The position numbers were made by a program, and so were the translations under genes. From Octopus sinensis (taxonomy: Eukaryota): a stretch of DNA of 64,000 nt. The notes beneath the pieces were generated by a model. The model was given only the letters and a program-made list of their open reading frames with translations, did no database searches and had not been told where the DNA came from. Shown here piece after piece: positions 48,163 to 61,584 of this stretch; position 1 is the stretch's first letter; the number at the start of each line of letters is the position of its first letter. Location of the stretch: contig NC_043014.1 of NCBI RefSeq assembly GCF_006345805.1, forward strand, positions 45,198,001-45,262,000, in the 5' to 3' direction.

Positions 48163-49475
48163 CAAACTTGGGTACCAAACTGTTAATTATCAATTAATGA
48201 AGTCAACATTTTCGTTAACAATCTAACTTTTAAGTTAACTCTGGAAATCATTATTGGACTAATTAACTTCCGTTAATTCAAGTTTGCTTGAGTTTTAACT
48301 TCCATTAGCACAAGTTACTGCAATGATCTTTAGGCTCAAGTCAAAGGGCCTTGTCTACTGCAGCCCCTTGGTCAACACACTTTTGGCAGGCATTGACAAA
48401 AGGTTTAGGACCCTCCTGGAAGATGAAGAATGCCAGATGGCTGCTGTCTTCCACCTCATGTTTTGCTTCATCTTGTTGAAGTATGACAACACCAAGATTA
48501 CCAAGGTGAGGAAAAGCACAGAGGGTAAGGTTGAGGAGGCCATGGGACAGCAGTCTGACAAAGTGAGCAGCAACAGTGAAGGCAGCAACAGCAAAGAGGA
48601 GAAGGATGACTTCTTCAGTGGTGTCACCCAGCCAAAAGAAAGCAGCAGGAGCCACAGATCACTCAAGGACAAGGCCCAGAATTTGATCAAGACTTGGTTG
48701 GAGACCAACTCCAAGGACTTGTTGGCAGATGCTGCTTTCTTGAGTGAGCAAGTGTTGGCGGACTTGTTCATCAAGTTCAGCACAGCCATCCCCTCTAGTG
48801 CTGCAGTGAAGCATTTGTTCTCTATAGGCAAGGACATCATGAGGGCCAAGAGATCATCCTTCTCTGATGGAAACTTTGACATGCTAGTTTTCATGAAGGG
48901 CAACATGTATCTCATGAACAAAATGGAGAATGAGAAGAAGAAAAATTAAATTATATATATATATATCATGTTTTTAATTTTTTATTTCTATCTTTTTACA
49001 GCCACTTTATCAATAAACTTTTTAGTTTAAAACTAATATTGTTTCATTTGAGTTTTTTTTTTTTTTTTTTACCCTTTTCTGGTTCTAGAATCCTTTAGAA
49101 ACCTAAAATGGGGCCAAAAAAGGGACCTAAAATCAGCCTGTTTTAGGTCTTTTAAAAGTTAAAACTTCAAAATCAGCATTTTTTAACTCTAAAGCAAAAA
49201 AAGAAATTATAGTTTTTGGGTTCTAAAGCTCTTAAAAAGACCCAAAAAGGCCGATTTTTATAGTTTTGGCACTTTTTGAAGGTGTTTTAGGTGGTTTTAG
49301 AGCAAAAACTGATTTTTTTGTTATTTCTATGATAAAAATTCATGTTAACGGTTTATCCATAACTTCCATTACAATTTTACAGATTTAACTGATTAATGGT
49401 TATCAAAGTTAACTTTTTGGTTAACGGATTAACAGTTAACAAAGTTAACTTTTCGATTAAGGGTGCCCAGCTTTG
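48163..49475 (+). mobile_element. Internally deleted hAT transposon (1313 bp) with TIRs, 8-bp TSD CTATTTAG and subterminal GTTAAC arrays
   Basis: TSD at 48155-48162 and 49476-49483; TIR caaacttgggtacc versus caaagctgggcacc (reverse complement of the right end). Confidence 0.9.
48323..48949 (+). pseudogene. hAT transposase C-terminal remnant (hATC dimerisation region)
   Basis: AIPSSAAVKHLFSIGKDIMRAKRSSFSDGNFDMLVFMKGN matches the hAT PSSAxxERxFS..R..LSD.NF..L.FLK.N motif; the N-terminal two thirds are absent. Confidence 0.85.
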
Positions 49476-49998
49476 CTATTTAGACACTAGAAAAAGGTAG
49501 CTGGTGAAAAATTAAAAAGGGTGATACAAAGTTGGAATGAGAGAGTGAGAGGAGCAGCAAATGAATAAGGGAAGGAGAGAGAGAGAGGGAGAGAGAAGGA
49601 GTTGGAATGGTTGCCTTTACATCAAATCCTTTGAATTAAATTACCAGACAGGAGTGGTGGGGGGTGAAGTGGGAAATATTTCTGAACTTTGTATGTTTGT
49701 ATGTTTCTTACTTTTCTATTTTTATTACAACTATGATACACTCCCATGGACACATCAGCATGGCTATACATGAGTGGGGCATCCAACAAAAATCTTTCAT
49801 CAGCAAGGGATGTTGCCCAGCTGACTCCTTCAACACCCTGCAGGAATCATGATGGGTGGTAATCATTAAGTTGCACAAATCTGAGCATGCTAAACTAGCT
49901 GACTGTAATCTTAACTTTGTTTTTGTTTATACTTTAAAAACTTTACATTATTGATATATTAGAGGAAAAGCAAGGAAAGATGGAAAAAATATGTTGGG

Positions 49999-50471
49999 AA
50001 TTTATCAACATGAATACATAGCAACCATATAAAACCCTAGTTGCTTTATATTTAAAATTGAATAATAAAGAAAAAACGTTGATACATACTATTATTAATT
50101 GTATTACAATCATCAATTTAATTGTACAAAATTGTTTTGTGTGAATGAAGGTCTTACTAAAAATATTTTTTAGCTGCTATCAGCCAAATGATGAAATCAA
50201 AACTTCAAGATCCTAACCACTACTTTCCTTCAAATTTATCAACATGAATACATAGCAACCATATAAAACTCTAGTTGCTTTATATTTAAAATTGAATAAT
50301 AAAGAAAAAACGTTGATACATACTATTATTAATTGTAATACAATCATCAATTTAATTGTACAAAATTGTTTTGTGTGAATGAAGGTCTTACTAAAAATAT
50401 TTTTTAGCTGTTATCAGCCAAATGATGAAATCAAAACTTCAAAATCCTAACCACTACTTTCCTTCAAATTT
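49999..50471. repeat. Tandem duplication of a 234-bp unique unit
   Basis: Copies start at 49999 and 50233; AATTT at all three junctions; about 4 substitutions. Confidence 0.95.
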
Positions 50472-51289
50472 CCAAGTATTACAGGGGAGTGAGGTTAAAG
50501 AGGCAAACATTACAGTAATGATAAAAGAAAGCTAGATTACATGAATGTTTAAACCTAGAGAGATATAGGAGAATAATTCCAAAGTAGGACAACTTCTAGC
50601 TTTACATATGAAGATAAGAATTGCTTTAGGTAAAAAAATTTATCTTCTGAACAAGTTTCATCAGGTCAGATTCTTTTATGTACTTTCCAGAAAAGAAACA
50701 AAATATAATCTGAATGATTAACTGATAGATAATCTTTCAACTTGATTTTTCAACCATGCAAAGAAAGTTAGTATTTTAAAATAAGTTAATTATTAGTAGA
50801 TGTCCAGAGAGTTTCATTATGCAATAAAGTACTAAGAAATGTATCATTAGATTTCCAAAGTTAATGGTTGCAATATTTTTTCAAAGATGGGTGTGGTTTG
50901 TCTGGTTCCAACTAAATGACCATAAACAGCACTCTCTTTACACAGACATAACACACATTTTAGGTCACCTGATAGCGAAGGCCATACCAACTAACAACAT
51001 CTAGTTATTGGTCTGTGATATTTCTAAAACCACTACAAAATGTTTCTATTCCCCTTAAAAAAATTTAACTACTCAGTATTCTCACTTGATACTGTCCTTT
51101 GTTTTCCTTCTCACAGACACTAATTTAAAACTCTTTTGATACCAACTTGCAGAGTCTGCTCCTAGTTCTATGATGCAAACTTGCTGTCTCAAAGTGATCT
51201 TAACTAAAAAATCTTCCATTAACTTTTCATATATATTTATTCCAAACACCAGCAATGTAGACAACTCCATAAAGAAGCACAAATCACTC

Positions 51290-51793
51290 AAAGTGGATAG
51301 AACTTAAGGAAGAGAGAGACCCAGAGAAAAATGGGACAATGTACTGAAGAGCAATCTTAGGACACTGAACCTTATGGAGAAAATGATAAAGGACTGAGAT
51401 ATCTGGCACCTTGCTATACTCAAGATCTTCCCTCAACAGCAAAAGTGTTAATGTTGCTCCCCCTGCTGAAGAGGATTGGCTTGCAAGAGCCTTGTAGAAG
51501 TGCCATGTAAAAGGCGCCTGTGTTGGCACCATGCAGGAAGCACTTGTGCTGGCATCACATAATGGTACTCATGCTGGCACCATATAAAAGCACCCATGCC
51601 AGTGCCACAAAAAAGCACCCAGAACACACTTTGTAAAGTGGTTGGCATTAAGAAAGGCATCCAGGTGTAGAAACCAAGCCAAACCAGACTGGAACCTAGT
51701 GCAACTCTCCTACTTGCCAGCTCTGATCAAACTCTCCAACTCATGCCAGCATGGAAAGCAGACACTAAATGATGATGACAATGATGATGATGA
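51290..51793 (+). mobile_element. RTE LINE 3' end (ORF C-terminus, 3' UTR, GAT tail), decayed
   Basis: RGRPREKWDNVLKSNLRTLNLMEKMIKD remnant, gctggcacc..aaaagcacc repeats, gatgatgat tail. Confidence 0.75.
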
Positions 51794-53908
51794 TGAAAGG
51801 CAGTGATTTCAACAGAAATATGATAACAGATAGATCAAACATTCATCTAAGCTTTACTTCCCAAAACTCAACTCCTCTATATAGCCACGAAAAAAGCAAC
51901 CAGAAAGGTTTTCAATTTCTGTTAAAATTACAACAACTTACATTTAACATTAAACCACAACAAAATGATTTAAAACTACAAAAATTTTTGACTGATCAAT
52001 CACAATACACTGAGTTGTTCTTGTTTAACCCCAGAGAAATTCTGATCAAGCAAACTATGGTCAAAGACTTTCCAGTCCAAACCATTTCAGTGGGTCAGTG
52101 GGAAGGCAGAGGTTTCAAACTCTTCCTTTATTTGTTGGTTCATATACACTGAGTCAGTATAGTTTTCTCTCTAAAATTAAATTTAAATGTTGATTTGTTC
52201 TACTGAAGATTTACTTCCACAAAATCTTTATTTATTTCATTAGAATTATTCTTATCTCTTCCACTTAAAAAAGAAAAGATATCTACCAAGTTTAACACAG
52301 TACAGGCTAATTCAGTGGAGCTGTCATTATACATTCCAGGAAAGATAAATCATTTAGCTTAACACGGAAATGGCTGTTGCATGCCAACCATTATGTGCAG
52401 CTTGCAAAATCACATATATTCAATGGCAATGATTGGTAGACACTGGTTTGAAGTTAGCATTCCAGATGATCTTTGACTTATACCCAGCACTTACATGGAC
52501 TGTAAAAATAAAATGTTCTACACAGCAATACAATAACACACCAACAGAAGATTTGAATACACAACTCAATGATAAGTGGAATAACATCTTATTCAGTTGA
52601 CCACCTTAACATCACGCATACACACTAACACCCACATGTGTATAAGTGCGTACATATACACGTGTACACACACATACAAGTATATACGTGGTAATTGTGA
52701 ACCTTGGATTAATGGTTTGTAAAGTTTACCAGCTTCAATAAAATTTGATATTTCACTCTACCTTTGATAGTGAGTAACTTTTCCTATTCTCTCGTTTTGT
52801 GGCTTTCTGCTAGCATTCACACACACACACACACACGTACGTGTATATACATATATACATACACACACACGTGAACATAAAAGCATGTGCATACACACAT
52901 TTTATTCTAAAATATAAATTGATTCTGCAACAGGATATTTAAATAAAAGTCGAGTTTAAGAGAAAGTAACTTGTTTTTATGTCCTTAGTGATTTTATGTA
53001 TCCATATTCAAATTATTTTAGAACCTTTGAAGAATTGATTTGCTAAATGTACCTGGATAGAAAGGATAAGATTCTGAAAATGGTATGATATCAGCATATT
53101 ATTATATTCGAATGTTAGGTAGATGGCATCTGAATATGCTGATACTATTTTTAGGTTTATCCCTTCTATTGAGATACATTTAGCAAAACAAAATCAGTCA
53201 AATAAAGTTGCTAGAATATCAAATAAAAAAAATCATTGGGGATATAAGAACAGTTATGGAATAAAATTCCTGATACCAAAGATGTCAATGACTTGGATAT
53301 TGTTAGAGTAACTATATATGAAAAAAAAATTAACCTTATGTTAGAACTGTTTACATTTTATATAAGCAAAGAAAAATTAGTTTTCAAATTTATGTATATT
53401 TCTTTTATGATTAAAGTTACATATTTCATAAAACTAGAAAAGAAACATGCTTTTTGATTCTTTTCATCATGTTTTGATGTTTTTATTAATAATTTGTTTT
53501 CGCAATTCTACAAAATCTTTGATGATAACAGCCAATAATTTTTCTATTTCTCATTACTATGGCAACACAAATTTTGATAAGCCTGCACGCCATAATTTGA
53601 AAGCAAATAAAAAAAAGAAGTATATTCATAAAGTGTCCTGATATGTTATCATTCCTTAGGAGGTCACTAACTAAGCATAAAAAAAAGATGTTTCTTTTAC
53701 AGTTGTCTAGTTTATTCCTCAGGCACCAAAAGCATATATATATATATATATATATATAGTACTGTATATACTATAAATTCTTAAGTCCAAACACAGATCT
53801 TCAATTAATACATGAGGTTTTACTGAATAATCTAAATATCTTACTTCTAAAAACAACAAAAAGACAAAAGAGTATAGAAATACATTTAGGATAATGGTGA
53901 TGATATCT

Positions 53909-54285
53909 CTCTCTTTTACTCTTTTACTTGCTGGAGCACCACCTTTTAGTCGAGCAAATTGACCCCAAGACTTATTCTTTGTAAGCCTAGTACTTATTCT
54001 ATCGGTCTCTTTTGCCGAACCGCTAAGTTACGGGGACATAAACACACCAGCATCGGTTGTCAAGCGATGTTGGGGGACAAACACAGGCGCACAAACATAT
54101 ACACATACACATACATATATACGACGGGCTTCTTTCAGTTTCCATCTACCAAATCCACTCACAAGGCTTTGGTCAGCCCGAAGCTATAGTAGAAGACACT
54201 TGCCCAAGGTGCCACGCAGTGGGACTGAACCCGGAACCATGTGGTTCGTAAGCAAGCTTCTTACCACACAGCCACTCCTATGCCT
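53909..54285 (-). mobile_element. SINE family A with a small deletion near its 3' end
   Basis: Near-identical to the 54639 copy; lacks tttcagtcatttgactgcggccatg. Confidence 0.9.
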
Positions 54286-54638
54286 ATATATCATTTTTTT
54301 TTAATTTTCTTTTTTGCTGATGAACTAATGACTTTGTAAGCAAAAGTAAGTTATCCTATGCACTAGTGCAAAATAGTATGACATCAGTTATTTGACTTCA
54401 CATGGTCAGATGCATTCATCAATGGATAACTAACAATATTGAATTTAAATTAAAAATGAAGCTCATGCTTTTTCTCTAGTCATTAGTAGCTAAATAAGTA
54501 CAGTAGTTGCAAATCCTGAATTGAAATTGGGTCGTATACTCAACTTACCAACATCTTATCACCTCAAATTCTATGGCATTTACCAACCAACTAACCAGCC
54601 AACCAACCAACCAGCAAATATAGATGAAGATCATGATT

Positions 54639-55042
54639 TACTCTTACTCTTTTACTTGTTTCAGTCATTTGGCTGCAGCCATGCTGGAGCACCGCCTTTA
54701 GTCGAGCAAATCGCCCCCGGTACTTATTCTTTGTAAGCCCAGTACTTATTCTATCAGTCTCTTTTGCCAAACCGCTAAGTTACGGTGACATAAACACACC
54801 AGCATCGGTTGTCAAGCAATGCTAGGGGGACAAACACAGACACACAAACACACACACGCATATATATATACATATATACGACGGGCTTCTTTCAGTTTCC
54901 GTCTACCAAATCCACTCACAAGGAATTGGTCAGCCCGAGGCTATAGTAGAAGACACTTGCCCAAGGTGCCACGCAGTGGGACTGAACCCGGAACCATGTG
55001 GTTGGTAAGCAAGCTACTTACCACACAGCCACTTCTGCGCCT
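54639..55042 (-). mobile_element. Full-length young SINE family A
   Basis: Near-identical to the 30185 copy. Confidence 0.92.
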
Positions 55043-56499
55043 ATTTATTTCTGTTAATTTAAACTTCTTTTGTCAGAGAAAAGTTGTTCTGCTTTTTAAT
55101 TTTCATTTATCAAAAGCAAATGCAGAAAATACTCATTTATTATCATGAGGGCATCAACATCACTGAAGACAGGGTTTGGGGGACTTGTTTTTTACCATAT
55201 TCCTGACAATAAAATTTGTTAAATTCCCTCCAAGCTTTTATTTAATTGCAGTTTTTCATTTTTTTTTTTTTTCAGTCAGGATATAATTTGAATACATGTA
55301 GAAATGGATGGAGTTGGGGAAGAATTCATTTGAAGTTATATTTCAAACCATAATAATAAAATCCCTCGCTATTCATACAACAGCCACTGGTACTATGAAA
55401 TAGTTGAGTGAATATTACATTATTTAAAATAAATAAATAAATCCCCCAATAGTAAGTTACTACACAGAGAGAATCTTGTAACTGCAAGTTTAACAGAAAC
55501 CTACAGGGGTTTAGTTAGCCTTTCATCTTTCAAAAGGGTGATAAAGCGCTTCTTAGATTCCAGGATAAGCAGCTAAATTTCTATATATATATATTATGTG
55601 ACTGGTAGGAGTGACATCCATCTCTTCAACAGAGCAGGATGAGAAAACAAAAGAATAAATATCTAAAAGGTTAAGTCGAAAAACATTTTATTTAATGCTT
55701 GATATTATTCTTGATGGACCACAGTTTCAAGAAAATTTTAAAAGCATCATATATTATTAAAAACAAAGCAAAAAAATAAGTCAAGAAAGGAAAATATTAT
55801 GACAGTAAGCAATGAATGCAGTTTCTTGTTACAAAAATTGAGCTGCACTTGGCTTTTACTTAGGGTGCGTTTGAAAGTGTAATCTATCATGCATACTCTA
55901 ATTTTAACAGATATGTCAATGTAACCTGGTAGCTAAATATCAGCAGCAATGTACATAGAATTTAGAAAAGAAGAATTTAATCTTTATTGTATGGAGTACA
56001 TTGTATGCATGCCTCTGGATTTTAAGTTATTCTTTTAAAAAAAAGTAATAATAATAAAAGAGAATCTAAAAAAACATCCAATATTTTTCATTTGTATATT
56101 TTTACTTTCATTTATTGATTTTATTTGGAAGCTTGACATATTTCATGTCTAACATCTTGAATAAGACTTTATTTAACAAAATACTTTAATATAAAGTTTT
56201 GGTAACAGAAATAACAACAGCAACAACAAAAGTATAAATCTTCAAGCAGATCAACGCATGCAACATTTGAAGTGGCCAATAAAACTGTGTTTTCTGACTT
56301 AGTTCACTATGACCACCACTGCTACTATCACCACCGCCACCAACAAGTTTTTCCTGATTAGACAGAAAGCTAATTTTCCAGTATGAAATATAAAGTCAAT
56401 TGAATCTACTCCTATACAATACTAGGGTGGGATGAAAGTTAACACCACCCCAGTGAAGTTTTGATTCAGAATATAACAGGACATAACTAAATAATGATT

Positions 56500-56698
56500 T
56501 CTAACAAAGGCACAATACCACGAACTTTAGGACAGAGAATAGTCAATTAGATTGATTGTAGTACATGACACCCACTTATTTTATTGACTTTGGAAGGATG
56601 AATGATGCAGCCAACTTGGGTGTGATTTAAACTGAAAATTTAAGGATAAATAATTAAACACCACTAGGTATTTTATCCAATATCCTATCAGATCTGCC
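56500..56698 (-). mobile_element. Decayed SINE family C
   Basis: Diverged homolog of 58405-58612. Confidence 0.5.
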
Positions 56699-58404
56699 TT
56701 TTAATTTGAAGTGCTAATTATTCTAAAATAAGCAGCAAGGTTAGAGAATACAACAACTATATGGTGATAGGAAAGAGCCAATTTGAGAAAACATACAAAT
56801 ATTTATCTATTTGGAAAAGAATAGATAGTCCATATATTTATTTTGCACAGTTACAACACATTAAATTGCTAGGGAACTAACAGTGCTTCTATTCATATTA
56901 ACTAAAAAAAAAAAAAGTTTTAATTTCTTTAGATGTTAATAAACCATTATGCTGAAACCATCCAAAGATAAACTATTAGCTAAACAATAAACACTTTATA
57001 TAAACACTTTATGATGTGCAAATTAATTTTTAGGTAAGTTGCACATGAAAATCAAAAACAAAAAGCCTAAACATTATCATCATAAATAGTCAAATTGAAG
57101 CCGTTTATTATGAATAAATAGAAAAACCTATTATACAACCAATATACATCATAAGTAAAATACAGAGTGAAAATATATGACAGTGAATAAGAGTGGTGTA
57201 ACTGAGATAAAGTAGAGACTAATGTTTCTAGCAGCACCCTTCCTCACAGACTAACACTAACCAACAAATACTAGTATCCTTTTACACAAACCAAGCTGAT
57301 TAACCTATTAGAAATAGCAACCAAATTTCCTTCAAATCATACCATACAGTCTTTAAAAAAAAAAAAAAAAAGCTGGTTGTAGCTGGAACATCTTTGATCA
57401 TTGGTTTGAAAAAGCAGCAACAATCCTTTTAACTTTGAATGCAAAGATCATATTTTTAAACTCTCCTACTGTGTCCTTTGCTTTAAACAGAAAAGAGGTT
57501 CCACATTTTATGGTTGAGTGGTCAGAAGTAGCAAAGGCATTCAACAAATACTTACTACAACAAAGACAAATAACCAAATTCTTTTTTACATCCATACAAA
57601 TTAAGCTATAAAATATTAACCAGACAAAAAAAAATAATAAATAACCTAACTAGGTTATATATATATCTGACATTTCATTCTTTCACAAAAGTAGAAAAAA
57701 AAAACATCACACTGTTGGTTTTGTTTATCTGTTTAACCATTTCATCTCCTATCTAAAAAGTTATGCATCCTAAAAGTTTTGTTGAGAGGTGTTGTTGATA
57801 GTATAGCAGCAAGGAATGTGGCAGATTATTCTGTTCATGAAGTAATGAAAGATTGCTGTGAATTTACTGTAAACTAAACAGAGGTGGCGGTGGTGGTGGT
57901 GGTGGTGTGGTGGTAGTGGTGGGGCTACTGAACAGCAAAATACAGTGTATCCTAACCATAACTTCTGCTCTAGAGGAAATGCTTGACGTAAAAAACACAT
58001 ATATAAGTTAATGAGTTGCATGCATTTCTGGTAGGAAAAGGTATCAAATTTTGTTTATGGGGTTACGTATACGAGGAAAACATCTTGTCTATTTTGTTCA
58101 CAATTACAAATAACTTTCATTCCTAATCCTACGTCGGAGTATAGTTGTGAAACTATACTGGTCACACTTAAAAGAGGACAAAGAAACCTACATTTGACTA
58201 ATAGCAAAGTTTATACCAAACATTTTCTTAACATGGAATTACAAATGTAGCTATTTTTAATCCCAGGGGTCATCATATAAATGAAGACAATAAATCTAGT
58301 TTATAAATATACATAGAAACTAAAAGGTTTTTGCTTCCATGAGACTTGACCTGCTGAATTAAAACAAATTTACAGCATACTTTTACAAATGTAAGCAATC
58401 TTAT

Positions 58405-58612
58405 CTACTGGAGGTGCAAAGCCTGAAATTTGATGGGAGGAGGCTTATCAATTACATCAACCCCAGTGCTCAACTGCTACTTCTTTTGTCAACCCAGAAA
58501 AGATGAAAGGCAAAGTCAACCACAGCAGAATTTGAACGCATAATGTAAAGTCAGAAGAAATACTGCTAAGCATTTTATCTGGTGTTCTAACAATTCTGCC
58601 AGCTCAATACCT
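58405..58612 (-). mobile_element. SINE family C (tRNA head plus gactttgcctttcatc central domain)
   Basis: Minus strand gagctggcagaattgttag..gcgttcaaattc..gttgactttgcctttcatctttctgggttgacaaaa; resembles the conserved central domain of Meta/Nin-type SINEs (inference). Confidence 0.65.
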
Positions 58613-59196
58613 ACAAATGTAAACAATAAATGTAAATAATAAAGTCGCTTATTATTTCAGTGTAGATAGCTTATTATACATTTTAAGTTATGCTTGTAGA
58701 GAATTAAATGTTATATTAGATTCAGACCAGCTAAAAAGCTATAAACAATAAAAGTAATTGCCTAGTTTCAAATGGAAAAAAAAAAACAGATTAGCTATCA
58801 ACATAGGATATGAAATTATAATAATCTGCCTGATATGAAGTATAGTTTGTTCATAAAAACACTGATGGAGTAGTTTATTTGCCTATCTCTTCATTTTAAG
58901 TCAGTAGAGTATATCTTAAGAAATATTTCCCTAAAACTTGGTTAAATTATCTAGATAGACTCCCCCAATCAGCGATCATGTCACTATCAACTAGGCTAAA
59001 ATACGGTGTAACTGATCTGATAAAGACTTATATCTCTATCCAAACTCTTAAGAAGAAAATATATTTCACAAAAAACTAAGATAAATCCTTCTGAGCCAAA
59101 AGTGAAGCTTCCCACAACAGAATCTCAATACTACTCATACAATTTCTTTAAGAGGAAAATAATTCTATTTATTATTTGAACACACACATTTTAAAT

Positions 59197-59501
59197 CAGT
59201 GGCTCCCAAACATTTTCGAGCTGCTGCCCCCTTGATGCCCAGGCCACATTCCTAGTGCTCCCATTCCAACTAACCATCACAAACATAGAGTTCTTTCTGA
59301 AGCAAATTCAAAGCAACTGTATTTCACAAATAAAACTTGTGAAATACATTATTTTGTTGTTTTTACATGAATTGCAATCCCATTATCGCCCAACTTTTTA
59401 TATGATCCACTATTCCATTATCACCCCCACTTTTCTTCAATGCCCCCTTGGAAGTTTCCACTACCTCCAGGGGGCAATACCACCCACTTTAGGAACCACT
59501 G
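59197..59501. mobile_element. hAT (Charlie-type) MITE, 305 bp, 8-bp TSD TTTTAAAT
   Basis: TTTTAAAT|cagtggctcccaaa ... tttaggaaccactg|TTTTAAAT. Confidence 0.85.
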
Positions 59502-59724
59502 TTTTAAATCTTTCATCCAAAACCATTCGATTCTTACAGCGATGTTTTTTTTCTCCAAGTTAAGCTTGAGTGACTAAATCTATAATCAAAGGCATCCCAG
59601 CTGTTAACCATCACTCTTTTTTATCCAAATATATTCTAACTAATGGTTACAATAAGGCTTTACAATCTTTACACTTTATTTCAATTCTTCTGATTACACT
59701 GGATGGTGTATAAATATGTACATA

Positions 59725-59763
<39 letters not shown>

Positions 59764-61037
59764 TACATATACACACACACACATGCTTCTAATGTGACAG
59801 GATGATAGCACTGGATCTTTGCAACCAAGATACCACTCAATGGTACATCCCAACCTACTTTCCATTTGCTAGGCACCACACTCATTGCTTGACCTCTCTG
59901 ACAACATCATGTTACCAATGTGAAGGTAAAGTGAACCATACCCAGTCCACTTTACTTTCTTTCTCCCCCTCCTCTACTGCCTGTCATTGACCCCATGTCA
60001 CTCTACCAGTAAATGTTTATTCCTTTTCACCCCCATGTCCTGAGCCACCATCATAGCTCTATCACCACCTCCCAGGTCACAGAGGCATTAGTCACCTCCC
60101 AACCATTTCAATGATGCTGCTCAGAATACTGAGTACACTTGTCACCCCTTCCCTGCAAGATATCTCCCTCATCACTTGGTCATGTATTTAAAAAAAAGTG
60201 ACATGTAGTAACTATTGCATGAAGATCTGCAAAAAGGCTGGCAAGCAAGTGGAGACATGGGGATGTGCAGTCTCTTTAGTTGTGTTTAGAATATGGCTAC
60301 CCAGCTACCTGTCAAGTGCCGGTGTCACAAAAAAATCCACCCAGTACCCTCTGGAAAGTGTGAGGTTGTGAGGATCCTTTGATCTTGTCAAGGGCAGGAT
60401 AACTGTCTAGTCCTGGTAGCACAAAAACAAAAAAAGCACTCAGTACACTCTTTAAAGTAGTTGGTGCATCAAGCTGAAGAGACCATGCCAAAATGAAATA
60501 CAGGTGAGATGAAGTCCTCTTGGCCCGTCTATATAAATGATACCCATTTAACTATGTACTGGCTCTAACCTGCCCAACCCATAGCTGATGATGATAGTTA
60601 TTATGATGTAAGAAAGTGTATGTGTGTGTGTGTGTGAGAGAGAGAGAAAGAGCGAGAGAGTGTGTGTGTGTGTGTGTGTGTGCGTGTGTACATATATATA
60701 AATATAAACCATATGTATCTTAGACGCATATTACCCTATTAAACATCAAGAGTCCTCAATATGTAAATATAATTCTTCCAACACAAAACATGTATCAGGT
60801 TGCATATGTTCTAACAGCAGTGCTTTTATTGACCTACCATTTATTTTCATTGCTCTTCTACTTTTACCTCTGTGTGTGTGTGTATGTTTGTGTATGCTTG
60901 TGTGTGTGTGTGTGTGTGTGTGTAAGACCAAGAAGAGTAATGAAGGTGAAAGCGAGATTCCTAAAATTACTTCAGCTGTTAGAACCTAGGCAACTAGATA
61001 CATGCTTTATGCTCTTCCAGTTAATGCAGATGGTTAA

Positions 61038-61210
61038 CCCTTTAGCATTCAGATTACTCTTTCAAATGTAATGCTTCGTTTATTCACATTGTTTTGAGTT
61101 AATCATGCATTATCTCATAGCTTCAAGATTTCAATATGATATGATTACTTATTTTGACAAAGACATTGTAAGGTAGGAGTGAGAAGTCAGATCTGGCCAG
61201 GTTAAATTCA
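61038..61210. mobile_element. Truncated piggyBac-like MITE, inverted relative to 31267
   Basis: TTAA|ccctttagcattcagatta..atgcattatctcatagc..agatctggccag; the far end is replaced by a TA run. Confidence 0.7.
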
Positions 61211-61232
61211 TATATATATATTTATATATATG

Positions 61233-61275
<43 letters not shown>

Positions 61276-61288
61276 TACATATATATAT

Positions 61289-61487
61289 AGTCGCCATGAT
61301 AGATCGTTAACCACTACACACATTTTTTTCTCTCCTTGTTTCTCTCTTTGTTTTTTCTGTGTCCCTTTCTGTAGAAGAGCGTAGGCTCGAAACGTAATAG
61401 ACTTTTTCTATTCCTGAGCGTTATACAAATACATCTGTTTGTTTTGTACACCACCTGTCTTCGTCTTTTGTTTTTTTCATAAACTCT

Positions 61488-61490
<3 letters not shown>
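61289..61490 (+). mobile_element. Penelope-like terminal fragment with hammerhead-like motif, embedded in (TA)n
   Basis: ctttCTGTAGAa-GAGC-gtag-GCTC-GAAACGTA-atag at 61365-61400; TA runs on both sides. Confidence 0.6.
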
Positions 61491-61578
<88 letters not shown>

Positions 61579-61584
61579 TATATA
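61491..61584. repeat. Long (TA)n microsatellite
   Basis: Directly visible; one interruption at 61560. Confidence 0.95.

Noticed and set aside
48341-48921. Minus-strand ORFs of 104 and 188 aa
   Set aside because: Antisense to the hAT transposase remnant.
57398-57595. Possible minus-strand terminal exon after the acceptor-like tttgtctttgttgtag
   Set aside because: Only about 50 codons, no recognisable peptide, no partner exons; open frames exist on both strands, consistent with chance.
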